IMG/VR virus record: IMGVR_UViG_3300034374_008829
Length of the DNA stretch: 64,000 nt
Strand: one strand, 5' to 3'
DNA from: an uncultured virus (IMG/VR IMGVR_UViG_3300034374_008829)
Taxonomy: Duplodnaviria > Heunggongvirae > Uroviricota > Caudoviricetes
The notes beneath the pieces were generated by a model. It saw only the letters and a list, made by a program, of their open reading frames with translations. It did no database searches and was not told the origin of the DNA. The position numbers were made by a program, and so were the translations under genes. The stretch's first letter is position 1, and every line of letters begins with the position of its first letter. Shown here in pieces: positions 29,201 through 39,087 of this stretch.

Positions 29201-30791
29201 CGTTGTCGCTAGGCTGTGTGGCAGTATCAGCCAAAGCGCCCTGGGCTGCCGTGGCGTAATCTGCGTCACTGAAGTCAGTGATATCAGCCTTGGCCAGGGT
29301 TACGTTGCCCGTCCTGCCAGCAACCGATTGTACGGGAGCGCCTGCAGATGTGATATAAGCGGCATCATTGGTCAGGGTGGAGATGTTGTCGCCAGACTGG
29401 ATCGCGCTGTCCGCAAGGGCGCCCTGAGCAGCTGTAGCGTAGTCTGCGTCAGAGAAGTCGGTAACATCTGCCTTGACCAGCGACACGGCACCAGTCTTTC
29501 CGGCCACCGAGTCAACAGTGTTGGCCTGAGCACCGGCGGCGATGCCATCAAGCTTTGACTTATCGGCGGACGAAAACAGACCGGCGGTAGCACCGGCAAC
29601 GGCCTCGGGCAGGATGACGTTACTGCCTGTCGAGGAGGCCAGTTCGCGGGTGGCGGCTGTGTAGCTCAGGTCGGTACCAGGTGCCTGGGCAGAGGTGATG
29701 TAGCCAGCGTCATTGGTCAGCGTGGAAACATTGTCATTAGGTTGGGTGGCGCTATCAGCCAAGGCTCCTTGGGCAGCAGTAGCGTAGTCCGCATCATTGA
29801 AGTCAGTAACGTCAGCCTTGACCAGCGTCACTGCGCCAGTCTTGCCAGCGACCGAATCAACGGTATTGACTTGAGCGCCAGCGGCGATTCCGTCAAGCTT
29901 TGTCTTGTCCGCGTCAGTCATTAGGCCAGCAGTGCTGGTCGTAGCGGCGGGAATCGTGGCGTCCGTTCCTGTTGAGCTGCTTACAACGCCCGTAGTTGTC
30001 CCCGTGGCATAGTTTAAATCAGTACTAGGAGCCACCGGATAGACCAAGGCAGTCCATCCGCCAATGACTGAGGGATCATTTCCCGTAATAACATAAACCT
30101 TGCCTTCGTCAGTACGTGTAACCCAATCACCCTTTTCGCCACTAACAGACAGCATGGCCGCCTGATTAGCAACAGCACCCTTATATTCAGAGATTGCAAT
30201 ATCAGGAAGCGCAGAAGCGCTGATTTTCCCACCAGTTAGGGAAGCGTAAGTCCCTAAATCGGAAATCTGGCTCTCGGTAATGCTTAAAGCTGCTTGGTGG
30301 CTGGTTACGTCGTTCTGAGTAACTGTATAACTGGTTATATAGCCACTGTCGTTTGTTAAACTCGAAATATTGTCATTGGGCTGAACCGAGGTATTGGCGA
30401 GCAAACCCTGGGCAGCTGAGGCGTAGTCCGCATCGGAAAAGTCGGTAATATCAGCCTTCACTAAAGTAACGTTGCCAGTTTTACCGGCCACGGAATTTAC
30501 CGCATCGGGTGGTACCTGAGCCGCCGTAATGTAACCAGCATCGTTGGTTAGGGTGGAAATATTGTCGCTAGGCTGAGTAGCAGTATCAGCAAGAGTGCCT
30601 TGGCCGGCAGTAGCATAGTCCGCATCAGCGAAATCGCTAATATCGCTCTTCTGAAGCTGTACCGCGCCAGTTTTACCAGCGACGGATGTTACAGGTGCGT
30701 CTGCGGCAGCAGGAACCCAAGCTTGCCCGTTCCAAGTGTAATGAAGATAAGTATCGCCAATACTGGGATTAGAAGGGAACTGAAAGGCCAT
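26223..30791 (-). CDS. large tail fibre with C-terminal intramolecular chaperone (S74-like)
   Basis: SVAGKTG repeats, FG-GAP-like segment, YadA-like NxAxG repeats, GDQRD...GFKAQDI. Confidence 0.85.
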   Translation of the reverse strand: MAFQFPSNPSIGDTYLHYTWNGQAWVPAAADAPVTSVAGKTGAVQLQKSDISDFADADYATAGQGTLADTATQPSDNISTLTNDAGYITAAQVPPDAVNSVAGKTGNVTLVKADITDFSDADYASAAQGLLANTSVQPNDNISSLTNDSGYITSYTVTQNDVTSHQAALSITESQISDLGTYASLTGGKISASALPDIAISEYKGAVANQAAMLSVSGEKGDWVTRTDEGKVYVITGNDPSVIGGWTALVYPVAPSTDLNYATGTTTGVVSSSTGTDATIPAATTSTAGLMTDADKTKLDGIAAGAQVNTVDSVAGKTGAVTLVKADVTDFNDADYATAAQGALADSATQPNDNVSTLTNDAGYITSAQAPGTDLSYTAATRELASSTGSNVILPEAVAGATAGLFSSADKSKLDGIAAGAQANTVDSVAGKTGAVSLVKADVTDFSDADYATAAQGALADSAIQSGDNISTLTNDAAYITSAGAPVQSVAGRTGNVTLAKADITDFSDADYATAAQGALADTATQPSDNVSTLTNDAGYITTAPSVLDDLTDVDTTTTAPTSGQALAYDGTNWGPADIQASDVIASYILESKSEIEATEGVVTYVDNYNTLFGYYRGYGASDGTNYYVAQVGYSVSDDAFSGQPAENYVSVYAQDGTYVTKRPLYNLDGGVMGANVALYGVYVDSNGHMAYGDGNTHSRVLIQTGINGYSYPYSQATDPEYFLRATLSSSASYLVNSSNSGFGKHINLQTDRIYIGFEGTNSSYQGGILWCDRDGTYLGQLRASDGHTDDRFGNQIGVNSTNLAVGSYYHDTNGNNLAGAVYWYTRDGANEVKLTSPSPVAGGLYGRRLVLTENRLYISETGSATRYIHIYDVSSGTPSLINSVASTNYDDGANWGYSMHANDDRLIVSGASTPTNFHVFNNYGGHLASINTGNVTFNAGINSNLYTTPTGFFVTQDSGRRGAGYSFEGADTAGKYPSISNGELSPGYILTGFKHDATTATTTVNNNFTVGGNLTVTGTTTTSNTNTSLTVTGPFVANDVTQMTITGTFQANNSITVSQDVTANNYYSGTQRFRGDTSDNIAIGRQAFNSNSSSDSSVIIGALAADAASAVNNTVVIGHNAAGVATTGGQSVVLGSEALAASPGMPAAVVLGYQAASTMTTTPTQLIAIGGNAASSPSVGLNTIAVGYGAMGGGFAIPGDYNIAIGYNSMSRCEAPSTGYNVAIGGEAMKYVTTSRSVAVGYQAGLGLQGNDNTAIGYQALALTTTGDKNTAIGMSAGRSINTGVDNTCVGYAAGYALDSCSNNVALGRNALAQNVLGNSNTAVGTAALNACLGGVNIGIGRSAGISITTGNGNIVIGGHGGSGSFKPVIEPTTESDLISLGSREVARSYMHTGWTTTGDQRDQTNHTTVPHGLSFINQLTPYSYQYSSDRTTPTAYGPVRYGFKAQDILTLEGGSPVVVDNTDTSKLGFNADSLQAIIVKALQDITNPPVYANNAAAKTGGLVDGDIYRTSDGTLKVVFT
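29165..30695 (-). repeat. five copies of a roughly 60-aa coding repeat
   Basis: VxSVAG[K/R]TGxVxLxKxDxxDFxDADYAxAxQGxLAxxxxQxxDNxSxLTNDxxYIT. Confidence 0.85.
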
Positions 30792-30845
30792 TTATCGCAG
30801 ACTATGACTTAATTAGCTTGCCTAGCGTAAGTTTTTTACACACAT

Positions 30846-30869
30846 AAAAAAGGGCGGTGTGTACCGCCC
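30846..30869 (-). terminator. intrinsic terminator
   Basis: GGGCGGU-ACAC-ACCGCCC followed by a U-tract. Confidence 0.75.
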
Positions 30870-30890
30870 GATTTCTCTTGACCAGTAAAT

Positions 30891-31346
30891 TTAAGGCTCT
30901 TCAGGCCAAGTAATGTCCCATGGGAAACCTGGCTGGGATGGCACATCGCGCAATGCTTGGCGATACGCCAGCCAAAGCGAACCGTCAACGGGAGAATCGG
31001 CAACCTGAGTCCAATCGCAGGCAATTAACTTGAACTCCCTCAGATTTCGCATCAAATTAGCTTGGTGAGCGTCGGCCTCAGCCCGCTCCTCCGTAGTCAT
31101 GTCTTCTTGAGTCCAAGCCTGATGCCACACTCCGGTTTCAGGGTCTTTAACAGCAGGGGCTTCAACTACATTTTTGTAGCGATCAGGCTCGGGTTTATCT
31201 GTAGCCTCGTAGATTCCGTAGCCAAACGGTTCCACATCTTCTGGCTGCAGTGGCAAGGTAAATGAAGTTGTCGGAAACAACCTCAAGAAGTTGCTTTGCA
31301 GAATGGGGTATCCTTCAGCGATACCATTGTTCAGTCGGATCAACAT
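30891..31346 (-). CDS. tail fibre assembly chaperone
   Basis: CDWTQVAD...YRQALRDVPSQPGFPWDITWPEEP. Confidence 0.85.
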   Translation of the reverse strand: MLIRLNNGIAEGYPILQSNFLRLFPTTSFTLPLQPEDVEPFGYGIYEATDKPEPDRYKNVVEAPAVKDPETGVWHQAWTQEDMTTEERAEADAHQANLMRNLREFKLIACDWTQVADSPVDGSLWLAYRQALRDVPSQPGFPWDITWPEEP

Positions 31347-31382
31347 TGTTCTAAATAAATAAAGGTCATGTGAACTGGGCAA

Positions 31383-32096
31383 TTATCCCCAGCTTATTTT
31401 CATATAACCTCTACCTCCGGTACCTCCACCCCAGTTTCCTGTACCAGCTCCACCTCCTGGTACTCCTCCACTTGGGGCAGTGTTGTTGCCGTCAGTTCGA
31501 CCATTTCCTCCGTTAGTACCGCCATTAACACCGGAACCACCATTGGCGCCGGAGTAACCGTAAGAGGCCCCACCGCCACCACCTGCTGGCGTCAGGTAGG
31601 TGCTTCCAGTTGCAGCAGCGCCTCCACCGCCGCCGCTGTTCTGGACCCCACCGCCACCGTATCCGCCAGAACCGCTTCCGCGGGAGCCGCTGTACGCCAT
31701 ATAGCCGCCGCCGCCTCCGGCATAGGAAGTGCCCCCAGAGCCCGAGCCACCAGAACCGCCGTATGGATTAACTCCTGGCGAACCGCCCGAAGCACTGCAG
31801 GTGCCGTTATTAAATTTAGTAGTACCTCCTAGATTTCCAGCGCTAGTGGTGTTGGCAATGACAACTGTATAGCTGGTGTCCTTGACAACCGAAACGGTCG
31901 CCAAGACAGCACCCCCACCGCCCGCGCCGCCCCTAGAGGCGCCGCCCCCGCCTCCAGCTCCGACCGCCTGGATGACAACATCAGTGGTGTACGGCGCAAT
32001 CCAGGTGTAAGTGCCATTTGAAGTAAATTCGTCACTGCCCGGTTCAATGGGCTCAACTGCTGCTCCTTTTAGAATTGCCCTAGTAATGGGATCCAT
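31383..32096 (-). CDS. glycine-rich fibre tip/adhesin
   Basis: GAGGGGG repeats, FTSNGTYTW, GYMKISW. Confidence 0.75.
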   Translation of the reverse strand: MDPITRAILKGAAVEPIEPGSDEFTSNGTYTWIAPYTTDVVIQAVGAGGGGGASRGGAGGGGAVLATVSVVKDTSYTVVIANTTSAGNLGGTTKFNNGTCSASGGSPGVNPYGGSGGSGSGGTSYAGGGGGYMAYSGSRGSGSGGYGGGGVQNSGGGGGAAATGSTYLTPAGGGGGASYGYSGANGGSGVNGGTNGGNGRTDGNNTAPSGGVPGGGAGTGNWGGGTGGRGYMKISWG

Positions 32097-32111
32097 GGTT
32101 GTTCTCCTAGC

Positions 32112-32699
32112 TTAGTTTGTGTAATCGACAAGCGCCGCACCACGCCACCGACTACCGCCGTCATCAGTTAAAAACAGAAATAGATGAGTTTTACCTGTAG
32201 TAAGTGAAGGGGCTGAGTCTGCTGGCCACTTGACAGTACTAGGCCACGTAATCGTGCCGCCTGAATGAGTGACTTCTAAAGTAAATGAGCCTACAGTTCC
32301 ACTAGAAGGAGGATTAGAGAAAGTGAAGGTGGAATCTGAAGAAATTGTTTTTGTGAAGTAATTACCAGTGCTCAGATCAATATCGAGCGCAGCAACAGCT
32401 TCAACAGTCTGCTCATAAGGACCGTCAACACTTAGACCAGCATTGAAGGTTTGTTCAGCCGTAAAGGTGTTAGCAACGTCGTTCTTGGTAGTGTCAGCGT
32501 CATACGCTTGAACAACTGAACCCACGTCACCATCAACAAGGATGGTATTGCCAGCAGGAAGGTTCGCATCATACGCTTGAACAGTAACGCCGATGTCAGC
32601 ACTGCCGAGCTTTGAGGCAATGCTTTGTACCGTTAGATCGCTATCCGTACCTGAGTTGTCCCAGACAATCGTGTCTGCTTTAATCTTGCCGTAGGCCAT
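32112..32699 (-). CDS. fibre adaptor protein
   Basis: DIGVTVQAYD repeats; DIDLSTGNYFTKTI C-terminal domain. Confidence 0.7.
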   Translation of the reverse strand: MAYGKIKADTIVWDNSGTDSDLTVQSIASKLGSADIGVTVQAYDANLPAGNTILVDGDVGSVVQAYDADTTKNDVANTFTAEQTFNAGLSVDGPYEQTVEAVAALDIDLSTGNYFTKTISSDSTFTFSNPPSSGTVGSFTLEVTHSGGTITWPSTVKWPADSAPSLTTGKTHLFLFLTDDGGSRWRGAALVDYTN

Positions 32700-32738
32700 G
32701 ATCAGTGCTCCTTAAGGTGAAGAGTTAGAGGTGTTGCC

Positions 32739-33017
32739 CTATATCACAGTCCAAGCACTGTTTTGGGGAACAGTGATCACGGCGCTTTGTTGAACTGTCA
32801 TTGGTCCAGAGGAAACGACGTTCTTACCGGTGCTCACCGTGTAGCTGGTGGTGATGGTGTGGTCGTGCTCCAGTGCCCATTCGTCACTGCCTCCACCGGT
32901 CGCGCCACCACCGCCGCCGCCGCCACCACTACTGGTGATCGACCAGGCATAGCCGTTCCAGGTGTACTGCCCATGAACGTCGCCAGTAGTCGGACTTGAT
33001 GGAAACGTAAACGCCAT
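32739..33017 (-). CDS. small fibre adaptor
   Basis: MAFTFPSSP N-module, Gly linker, SSGPMTV...WTVI C-module. Confidence 0.65.
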   Translation of the reverse strand: MAFTFPSSPTTGDVHGQYTWNGYAWSITSSGGGGGGGGATGGGSDEWALEHDHTITTSYTVSTGKNVVSSGPMTVQQSAVITVPQNSAWTVI

Positions 33018-33056
33018 CGACCCTTGGTGGCAGACTGAACTAGGATGCCAAGGTTA

Positions 33057-33626
33057 TTAGATCGAAGGAGCCTCAGGCCACTCCTGTAGCCCATCAGGAT
33101 TCTGTTGTTGTTCTTGGACTTCCGGTACCTCAGGAGTCAGCTCAACATCATCTTCGTCGTAAGTCGCTGCTACATACTCTTGGGTAACAACAGAGATAGT
33201 ACTAGGAGCCGTAATCAATGCCGCCAGCTCGTCTACGTCAACACAAGCCTCGATTTGAGCTTCACGTGCGCCAGATACAGTCCGAACATCGGCACGGTAC
33301 TGAGCCACATCAGGTGGGCATGCGCAATTGGAATCCTCAACCATGCGGGTGATATACCAGTCGGTCGGCGCCAACAGGGAACCTGCAATCTCTTTTTGTT
33401 TAGCTGTCCACAGTTCCTTGAGCTGAGTCAGATCTTTAGGAATGCCGACACCCCAATAGAAGCGCTGGTCATAATAAGCAGCAGGTTCATCTGCTACCCA
33501 AGTAATTCCAAGCGAATCCCGCTGCTCTTGACTGGAGCTTTTTAGCCAATCCTTTGGGTACTGATTGCCCTCGGCATCAGTAAACGCCTTGTTCAGACGC
33601 AGGGGCTTGCCGTTGTAGTAATACAT
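33057..33626 (-). CDS. tail fibre assembly chaperone-like protein
   Basis: QYPKDWL, YDQRFYW, LLAPTDWY, YRADVR motifs. Confidence 0.7.
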   Translation of the reverse strand: MYYYNGKPLRLNKAFTDAEGNQYPKDWLKSSSQEQRDSLGITWVADEPAAYYDQRFYWGVGIPKDLTQLKELWTAKQKEIAGSLLAPTDWYITRMVEDSNCACPPDVAQYRADVRTVSGAREAQIEACVDVDELAALITAPSTISVVTQEYVAATYDEDDVELTPEVPEVQEQQQNPDGLQEWPEAPSI

Positions 33627-33656
33627 GCTTGGATCAGGGCTGGACTAGAATTCCGA

Positions 33657-36005
33657 TCAGCGGGCGCGGGCGTACTTGAAGGGCGATTCGGCCAGAGCCA
33701 TGTATAGGTAGGTGTGATTGCTGAGATTTGCCTCCCAGGTGCTATTTCTCAACTTAAACCCATTAGATAATAAGTCAAAATAAAAGTTTGAGACGCTTTC
33801 TGCTGCTAAATCATTTGGATAAAGGAAGTTTTTGACTACATTTGATGGGTTAAGCGCTGAGTCAATAAGAATCCATTCCTCAGCCGAGCCTGATGTAGTA
33901 TTTTTAATCAATAGCCACCTTGGTCTAAACCCGGTCCATATGAACGGCGCTGAGTCTCCGCTTTGGCCGTTGCCGATGTAGCTGCCGAAGGCGCTATAGT
34001 TCTTCACAGGGGTGAAACAGTACATTACATAATTGTCGCCCAGTGCACCAGTGTTGATGTTTGCGTTACGATATACTACCGTACTTGTAGGAAGAGAAAA
34101 ACCTGAATCCAATTTGGAAGCTGTAGACTGCAAATTTAAATAATCCATGCTTCCATCAATGACGTCAGTGTAGACAAGCCAATCACTAGCATTGGACCTA
34201 TTTTTGGTAATAGTTAATGCCGGTTTAACGCCAAGTCCGTGCCCTACTGACGCGGAAGCGCCATTCCCCGTATAAGTAACAATCGAGAACCCCGCACTAG
34301 TATTAGCCCTCACGTTGGATGTGATGGTGCCGTCGGTGTTGCTGACCGTCGATGATCCGGCGTCCCAGGTCCAGGCTACGTATGACGAGCTATTTAGATT
34401 TACGCCTCCATAACTAGTATCTGCACCAAGATCAAAACCGTCACTATTAAAAGCATTTAATGTATCTGTGATGTCCGTGCGCTCTTCGTTAGTCAAGTTA
34501 GTTCTCACAACTTTATTTGTGCCACGAATAATGTCAAACAACGAATGACTAGAAGTAGCGTTACGCCTTTTTATCCACACCAGATCAGGCGAAAAGCCCA
34601 ACCCCGAAATTGTCTGCGTACTGCCATTACCCGTATAAAGCGCCACATCCATAACGGTGGATGGGTCTTCAATCGTCGGCGTGTCTAGGAACGCAGTACA
34701 AAGTGGCTTGTAATCTGTGCTGGGACGATTTGTCCCAGGGTTTTGATAGGCGTAAGGACGTTGGCCAAAGTTGAAGGCGGTTGATGATGCTACGTCGGCA
34801 TAACCGCCAATATGAACTGGTTCTCCGCCTGCAGTCAGGTAGGAATACGCTCCAGTGCCTTGAAGCACTCCGTTTTTGTAAAAAGTGGCTTGCTCATTGT
34901 CTACATCAATAGCAACACCAAGAACATCGCCAGTGGCATAAGTGCTAAACGTAGGCGATCCCGTTAGACCAGTAGTGCCGCCGTTTGCTCTCCAACGAAA
35001 AGCGGTATAGCTGGTGCTAAATTTACTGCCAACCCGCACCCAGTTACCCGTACTGCCTGAAACTCCGCTAAGCATTGTGGTTTCGTAGTACCACTTGCCC
35101 GAAGTCAACCCCCAGTCAGACCACGCGGTATTTGATGCACTCCAATCAACCTGTAGATTGCCGTTACTTTTTGCCGCTTGGGTGTAATCCACAAACCCGA
35201 TAATGGGCGACATTGTTGCATAATTCCCCGGCACTTCTCCGCCCGCGCCAGTGTCATTTGCGGTGTCGCCGTTCGTGGGCGAGTCAAGGAGGGAGTCGTT
35301 GCCCGCACCAGGAGCGACGCTGATGTTATTAACCGTCCAATCATTTCCATTCCCACTGGTGTCCGTGCCAAGTGCAGAGGCAGAACTATTGTCGCTCAGG
35401 GGCAAATGAAAGCCGTTGGTGGAGTAGGTTCCAGCGTATTCAATCGGCTGCCACACGCCGTTGTCGTCAAACTCACCGAAGCTGGTGGGGCCTAGCGCTT
35501 GACCGTCGATGAAGTGAACGTCGGCTAGGTAGCCGTCAAAGTAGTAACCGCCAGATGACCCATAACCAGAGATATTATTTTGAACTCCGTTTTTGAATAG
35601 AACAGTACTGGCACTTGCTGTCCATGATGCCGCCTGTACTCCATTTACATAGAGATAACTTGTAGCACCAGAAGTTACGGAACATACAAGATGATACCAA
35701 GCACTTGCATCTCTATAAACAGCGGTAGTGATTCCTTGATTAATGCCACTACCATTTAACGAGAAATTGTTTCCAGTAGTGAATTCTAGATATGTGGAAA
35801 CCCCGCCGGAAATCCATCCGGTAATCATTTGCTCCCCGCCTATCTTTGCACGCTTCGCCCAACAACTAAATGTCCATGTTGTGTCATCTGATGCCGGGGT
35901 GCGGCTGAGGTGCCCCGATGAAGATGGGTCAAACCGCAGCGAACGTTCGATCTCGTAGCCAGCGGCACCCCCGGCTGCGCTGAAAAACAGTTCAGCGTTA
36001 TTCAT
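33657..36005 (-). CDS. ConA/LamG plus SPRY-domain virion protein
   Basis: IERSLRF, WTFSCWAKR, DASAWYHLV, SGKWYYE, YTGNG repeats. Confidence 0.8.
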   Translation of the reverse strand: MNNAELFFSAAGGAAGYEIERSLRFDPSSSGHLSRTPASDDTTWTFSCWAKRAKIGGEQMITGWISGGVSTYLEFTTGNNFSLNGSGINQGITTAVYRDASAWYHLVCSVTSGATSYLYVNGVQAASWTASASTVLFKNGVQNNISGYGSSGGYYFDGYLADVHFIDGQALGPTSFGEFDDNGVWQPIEYAGTYSTNGFHLPLSDNSSASALGTDTSGNGNDWTVNNISVAPGAGNDSLLDSPTNGDTANDTGAGGEVPGNYATMSPIIGFVDYTQAAKSNGNLQVDWSASNTAWSDWGLTSGKWYYETTMLSGVSGSTGNWVRVGSKFSTSYTAFRWRANGGTTGLTGSPTFSTYATGDVLGVAIDVDNEQATFYKNGVLQGTGAYSYLTAGGEPVHIGGYADVASSTAFNFGQRPYAYQNPGTNRPSTDYKPLCTAFLDTPTIEDPSTVMDVALYTGNGSTQTISGLGFSPDLVWIKRRNATSSHSLFDIIRGTNKVVRTNLTNEERTDITDTLNAFNSDGFDLGADTSYGGVNLNSSSYVAWTWDAGSSTVSNTDGTITSNVRANTSAGFSIVTYTGNGASASVGHGLGVKPALTITKNRSNASDWLVYTDVIDGSMDYLNLQSTASKLDSGFSLPTSTVVYRNANINTGALGDNYVMYCFTPVKNYSAFGSYIGNGQSGDSAPFIWTGFRPRWLLIKNTTSGSAEEWILIDSALNPSNVVKNFLYPNDLAAESVSNFYFDLLSNGFKLRNSTWEANLSNHTYLYMALAESPFKYARAR

Positions 36006-36529
36006 CAGGAAATCCCCTCAACGACACTACCCATCAAGATAACAGTACTACTTTGCACGTAATACGGAATAATTGCTGGGAATGTTGCAATAGTCGGAGC
36101 AGTGCCGCCAGGAAACTTGAAGTTAGATCCCCAAACAACAGGGCCAGCAGTAATGCGGATAGCACCTGTCTGACCAGCTGCAGCATTCGTGGGATTAGGA
36201 ACAGTAATGGCTCCAACGGTCCACAAATTACCAGTACTCAGATCAAATGCACTTGCAGTAATGGTACGTTCAGTGGTGCGGGTCGCAACTGTAAACGTCG
36301 GCAGAACGTCACTCTTAACAGTATCCGCGTCGTAGCCTTGGATCGTTACACCGATTTGAGCAGACGAAACAGAGGTCGCCACCAGCGAACCGTTGTACTT
36401 GATATAGGTCAGATCCTCGTCAGTCGCAAACACGAACTCGCCCTCAGCGATGTCCGCAAGGGATGAATTCAAATTCGACTTAGTGCCCCTGGCGATTAGA
36501 ACCTTTGTCCTTGGATTAGGGGTCGCCAT
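36005..36529 (-). CDS. fibre adaptor with Mtd-N-like N-terminus
   Basis: IARGT...EGEFVFATDED. Confidence 0.65.
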   Translation of the reverse strand: MATPNPRTKVLIARGTKSNLNSSLADIAEGEFVFATDEDLTYIKYNGSLVATSVSSAQIGVTIQGYDADTVKSDVLPTFTVATRTTERTITASAFDLSTGNLWTVGAITVPNPTNAAAGQTGAIRITAGPVVWGSNFKFPGGTAPTIATFPAIIPYYVQSSTVILMGSVVEGIS

Positions 36530-36559
36530 AAGAGAATTGCAATCCTGCTAGTTTTCCTA

Positions 36560-37090
36560 TCAGGCAAAAACTCCGCCGTCTACAGTTTGATCAATTCCAG
36601 TCGAGGTTCCAGCGTTGAAGTCGCCAGCATCAAGGATCAGATAAGCACCCCTAGCTTCCCCGTTATCAAAGTTTCCACCGTCGGCATTGATCTGATACCT
36701 ATACAGAGCCAGCTCGTCGGCATTCTCCCAAGCACCATCCTGCCTGAAATAAGGCGAACCATCCTGGGGAGCTTCTGCGATTCCTCCACCTCCGCCGCCG
36801 CCTACCTCAATCCAGTTGGTCCCATAATAAATATAAAAGTCTCCAGTGTCAGACTCCCACCACTGATCACCATTTACCAACGACGAACCATCAGGCCTAG
36901 CCGTTGGAGCTGCATCAGAAACTATTGCGCCGTTATATCCTGGCTCAACGACCGTCGCAGTGCCGTCATCCTTTTTGATAAACAGCTTGCCGTCATACGT
37001 ATTGATGGCAACCTCACCTAACGCAATCTGTGAAGTCGTCGGTACGTTGCCCTGAACCGCGCTACGGCGCAGCTTGATTACGTTGGCCAT
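36560..37090 (-). CDS. fibre adaptor
   Basis: IKLRRS...GEVAINTYDGKLF; WWESDTGD module; DGGxF motifs. Confidence 0.65.
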   Translation of the reverse strand: MANVIKLRRSAVQGNVPTTSQIALGEVAINTYDGKLFIKKDDGTATVVEPGYNGAIVSDAAPTARPDGSSLVNGDQWWESDTGDFYIYYGTNWIEVGGGGGGGIAEAPQDGSPYFRQDGAWENADELALYRYQINADGGNFDNGEARGAYLILDAGDFNAGTSTGIDQTVDGGVFA

Positions 37091-37104
37091 GGTCGCTATC
37101 TAGC

Positions 37105-37130
37105 AAAAAAGGACCGTATTAACGGTCCTT
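37105..37130 (-). terminator. intrinsic terminator-like hairpin
   Basis: AAGGACCG-UUAAUA-CGGUCCUU followed by a U-tract. Confidence 0.6.
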
Positions 37131-37153
37131 GTAGTCTTCCTTTGCGTAAATGT

Positions 37154-38755
37154 TTAGAAGGTTCCGCCGTCGATGGTCACACCGTCAATCGTGCCACCAG
37201 TAATGCTGACGTTGTTGGCAGCCTGAGTAGCGATTGTTCCAAGACCTAGGGTCGTCCGTGCAGCAGATGCACTCGCATCATCAAGAAGAGTACGAGCAAA
37301 GCTGGTCAGCGTAGCAGTACTGAAAGCATCGCTACCGGTTGCATAGATCAGTTCATTTGCACTCGTCGTAAGACCAGCCAGTGCAGTCAGAGTGGCGTCA
37401 AGAGGCTGTGCATCGGTAATGCCATAGCCACCAAGAGTAGTCGGGGAGCTGAAGCTGCTGACGCGACCATAGGCATCAACAGTAAAACCGATATAGGTTC
37501 CAGCCGTGCCATGAGTGGCCAGGTCAATGTTGTTAGCATTGACGGCAATGCGTCCACTGTTTGCTGTGACAACATCAATCTGACTACCAGTCTTGATTAG
37601 ACCGTCGCCAGCAGTGATCTGACCAGCACCAGAGAACTGGGTGAAGGTCAAAGCGGTGGAGCCTACCGTGATCGACCCATCGGTAGAAAGGACAAAACCA
37701 GCATCAGCATTCGTCGAGCCTTCCTCGACGAACACGAACATGCCAGGAGTTACATCTGCAGAGCTGTCTGCGTCCGCAGTACGTGACCAAGCGCCTGAAG
37801 CAGCCTCATAGATACCGTTCTGACTGGCAGTGCTTTGGTTTTTAACCAAAACACGATCGCCAGCAATAACACTGATGCCATCAATAGTCTGAGTGCCGCT
37901 CAGCGTGATGTTGCCAGTCGTAGCGACTCGAACGCTGTCCTTAACATCAAGACCTTGTGCCGTCGAATCGACATAAGCCTTGGTTGCTGCATCCTGAGCA
38001 CTGGTCGGATCAGCCAGGCTCGTAATTTTTTGACCATTGAATGAGACATCTGCGGTAGGCGCAGACATCTGGTCAAGACGATTAGCCTGAACACCAGTAT
38101 CGAAATCAGATACCTGAGTATGGGTAATCGAGATCGAGACGTCGCTAGCTGCAGTCAGCCGCCCCTGTGCGTCGACTGTAAAGGTGCCAACGGTGCCAGC
38201 TGCACCATATGAACCACTCGTGACACTCGTGTTGTCAAGGTTGACAGTCAGAGTGCTGCCAGTAGCAGTGCTGCTGAGACCAGTTCCACCAGAAATGGTA
38301 ACCGTGCCACCACTAAAGCTAGCGGTGCCTGAGTCGTCGGCAGTCAGAGAGCCTGCGCCATTCTCAAGCGCTGTCTCCAGATCCTGAAGCGCAACCTTTA
38401 CATCAACATTATCACTGATCGTCGCACCGGTAAAAGTACCAAGATCACCGGTATAATTAAGTTCAGCAGCAGTTGCAGTTAGCGCAACGCCGCCGATCTG
38501 TAAAGTACCACTAAAGTTTGTGGTACCAGAGAAGGTCTTATTCCCAGTTACTGTCTGAGTTCCACTCAGAGTGACGCTATTGCCTGAGCCGCCAATTCCA
38601 ATAATGCTGGTAGCGTTACCGCTGCCATCATCACCATAACCATAATAGAGAACGTTATCCGCTTCGTTAAAAGCGAGTTCCGCATTCAGTAGCGCAGAAG
38701 GTGCACCTGCTGAGCCGCTGGAGGCCCTTCTTTTGATGCGAATGTTGTTGGACAT
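37154..38755 (-). CDS. tail/head fibre protein
   Basis: DAATKAYVD, VRVATTGNITLSG, GDRVLVKNQ, GIY motifs. Confidence 0.8.
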   Translation of the reverse strand: MSNNIRIKRRASSGSAGAPSALLNAELAFNEADNVLYYGYGDDGSGNATSIIGIGGSGNSVTLSGTQTVTGNKTFSGTTNFSGTLQIGGVALTATAAELNYTGDLGTFTGATISDNVDVKVALQDLETALENGAGSLTADDSGTASFSGGTVTISGGTGLSSTATGSTLTVNLDNTSVTSGSYGAAGTVGTFTVDAQGRLTAASDVSISITHTQVSDFDTGVQANRLDQMSAPTADVSFNGQKITSLADPTSAQDAATKAYVDSTAQGLDVKDSVRVATTGNITLSGTQTIDGISVIAGDRVLVKNQSTASQNGIYEAASGAWSRTADADSSADVTPGMFVFVEEGSTNADAGFVLSTDGSITVGSTALTFTQFSGAGQITAGDGLIKTGSQIDVVTANSGRIAVNANNIDLATHGTAGTYIGFTVDAYGRVSSFSSPTTLGGYGITDAQPLDATLTALAGLTTSANELIYATGSDAFSTATLTSFARTLLDDASASAARTTLGLGTIATQAANNVSITGGTIDGVTIDGGTF

Positions 38756-38782
38756 AGGAGTTGAAATCTCTGTCTAGAATTC

Positions 38783-39058
38783 CTAGAAAGCTCCTCCGTT
38801 TAGCGTCCCACCATTTGCCCAAGATCCGTTATTGTAAATCAAAGCATCGCCATTATTTAAAGTAGATAGACTCAAATCCGTCAAGTTCGCCAAAGATCCA
38901 CTAGCTGGAACCAGTGAACCGTTTTCCACTACGTAAAGCTGATCTTGATCAATCGCGTAGCAAATTTCACCATTCTCGAGAGATGCTACATTGCTTGATA
39001 GATCGCTATAATCACCACGTGCTGGCTTGATCGGATTTCTTGGAGAAGGAACCGACAT
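38783..39058 (-). CDS. small fibre adaptor (Mtd-N-like)
   Basis: PARGD...GEICYAIDQD. Confidence 0.65.
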   Translation of the reverse strand: MSVPSPRNPIKPARGDYSDLSSNVASLENGEICYAIDQDQLYVVENGSLVPASGSLANLTDLSLSTLNNGDALIYNNGSWANGGTLNGGAF

Positions 39059-39087
39059 TTGCCTAGTATGCGTAAGCTAGTTTACCG

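Noticed and set aside
32729..32738. GGCAACACCT as a late promoter
   Set aside because: Lacks the conserved T at position 8
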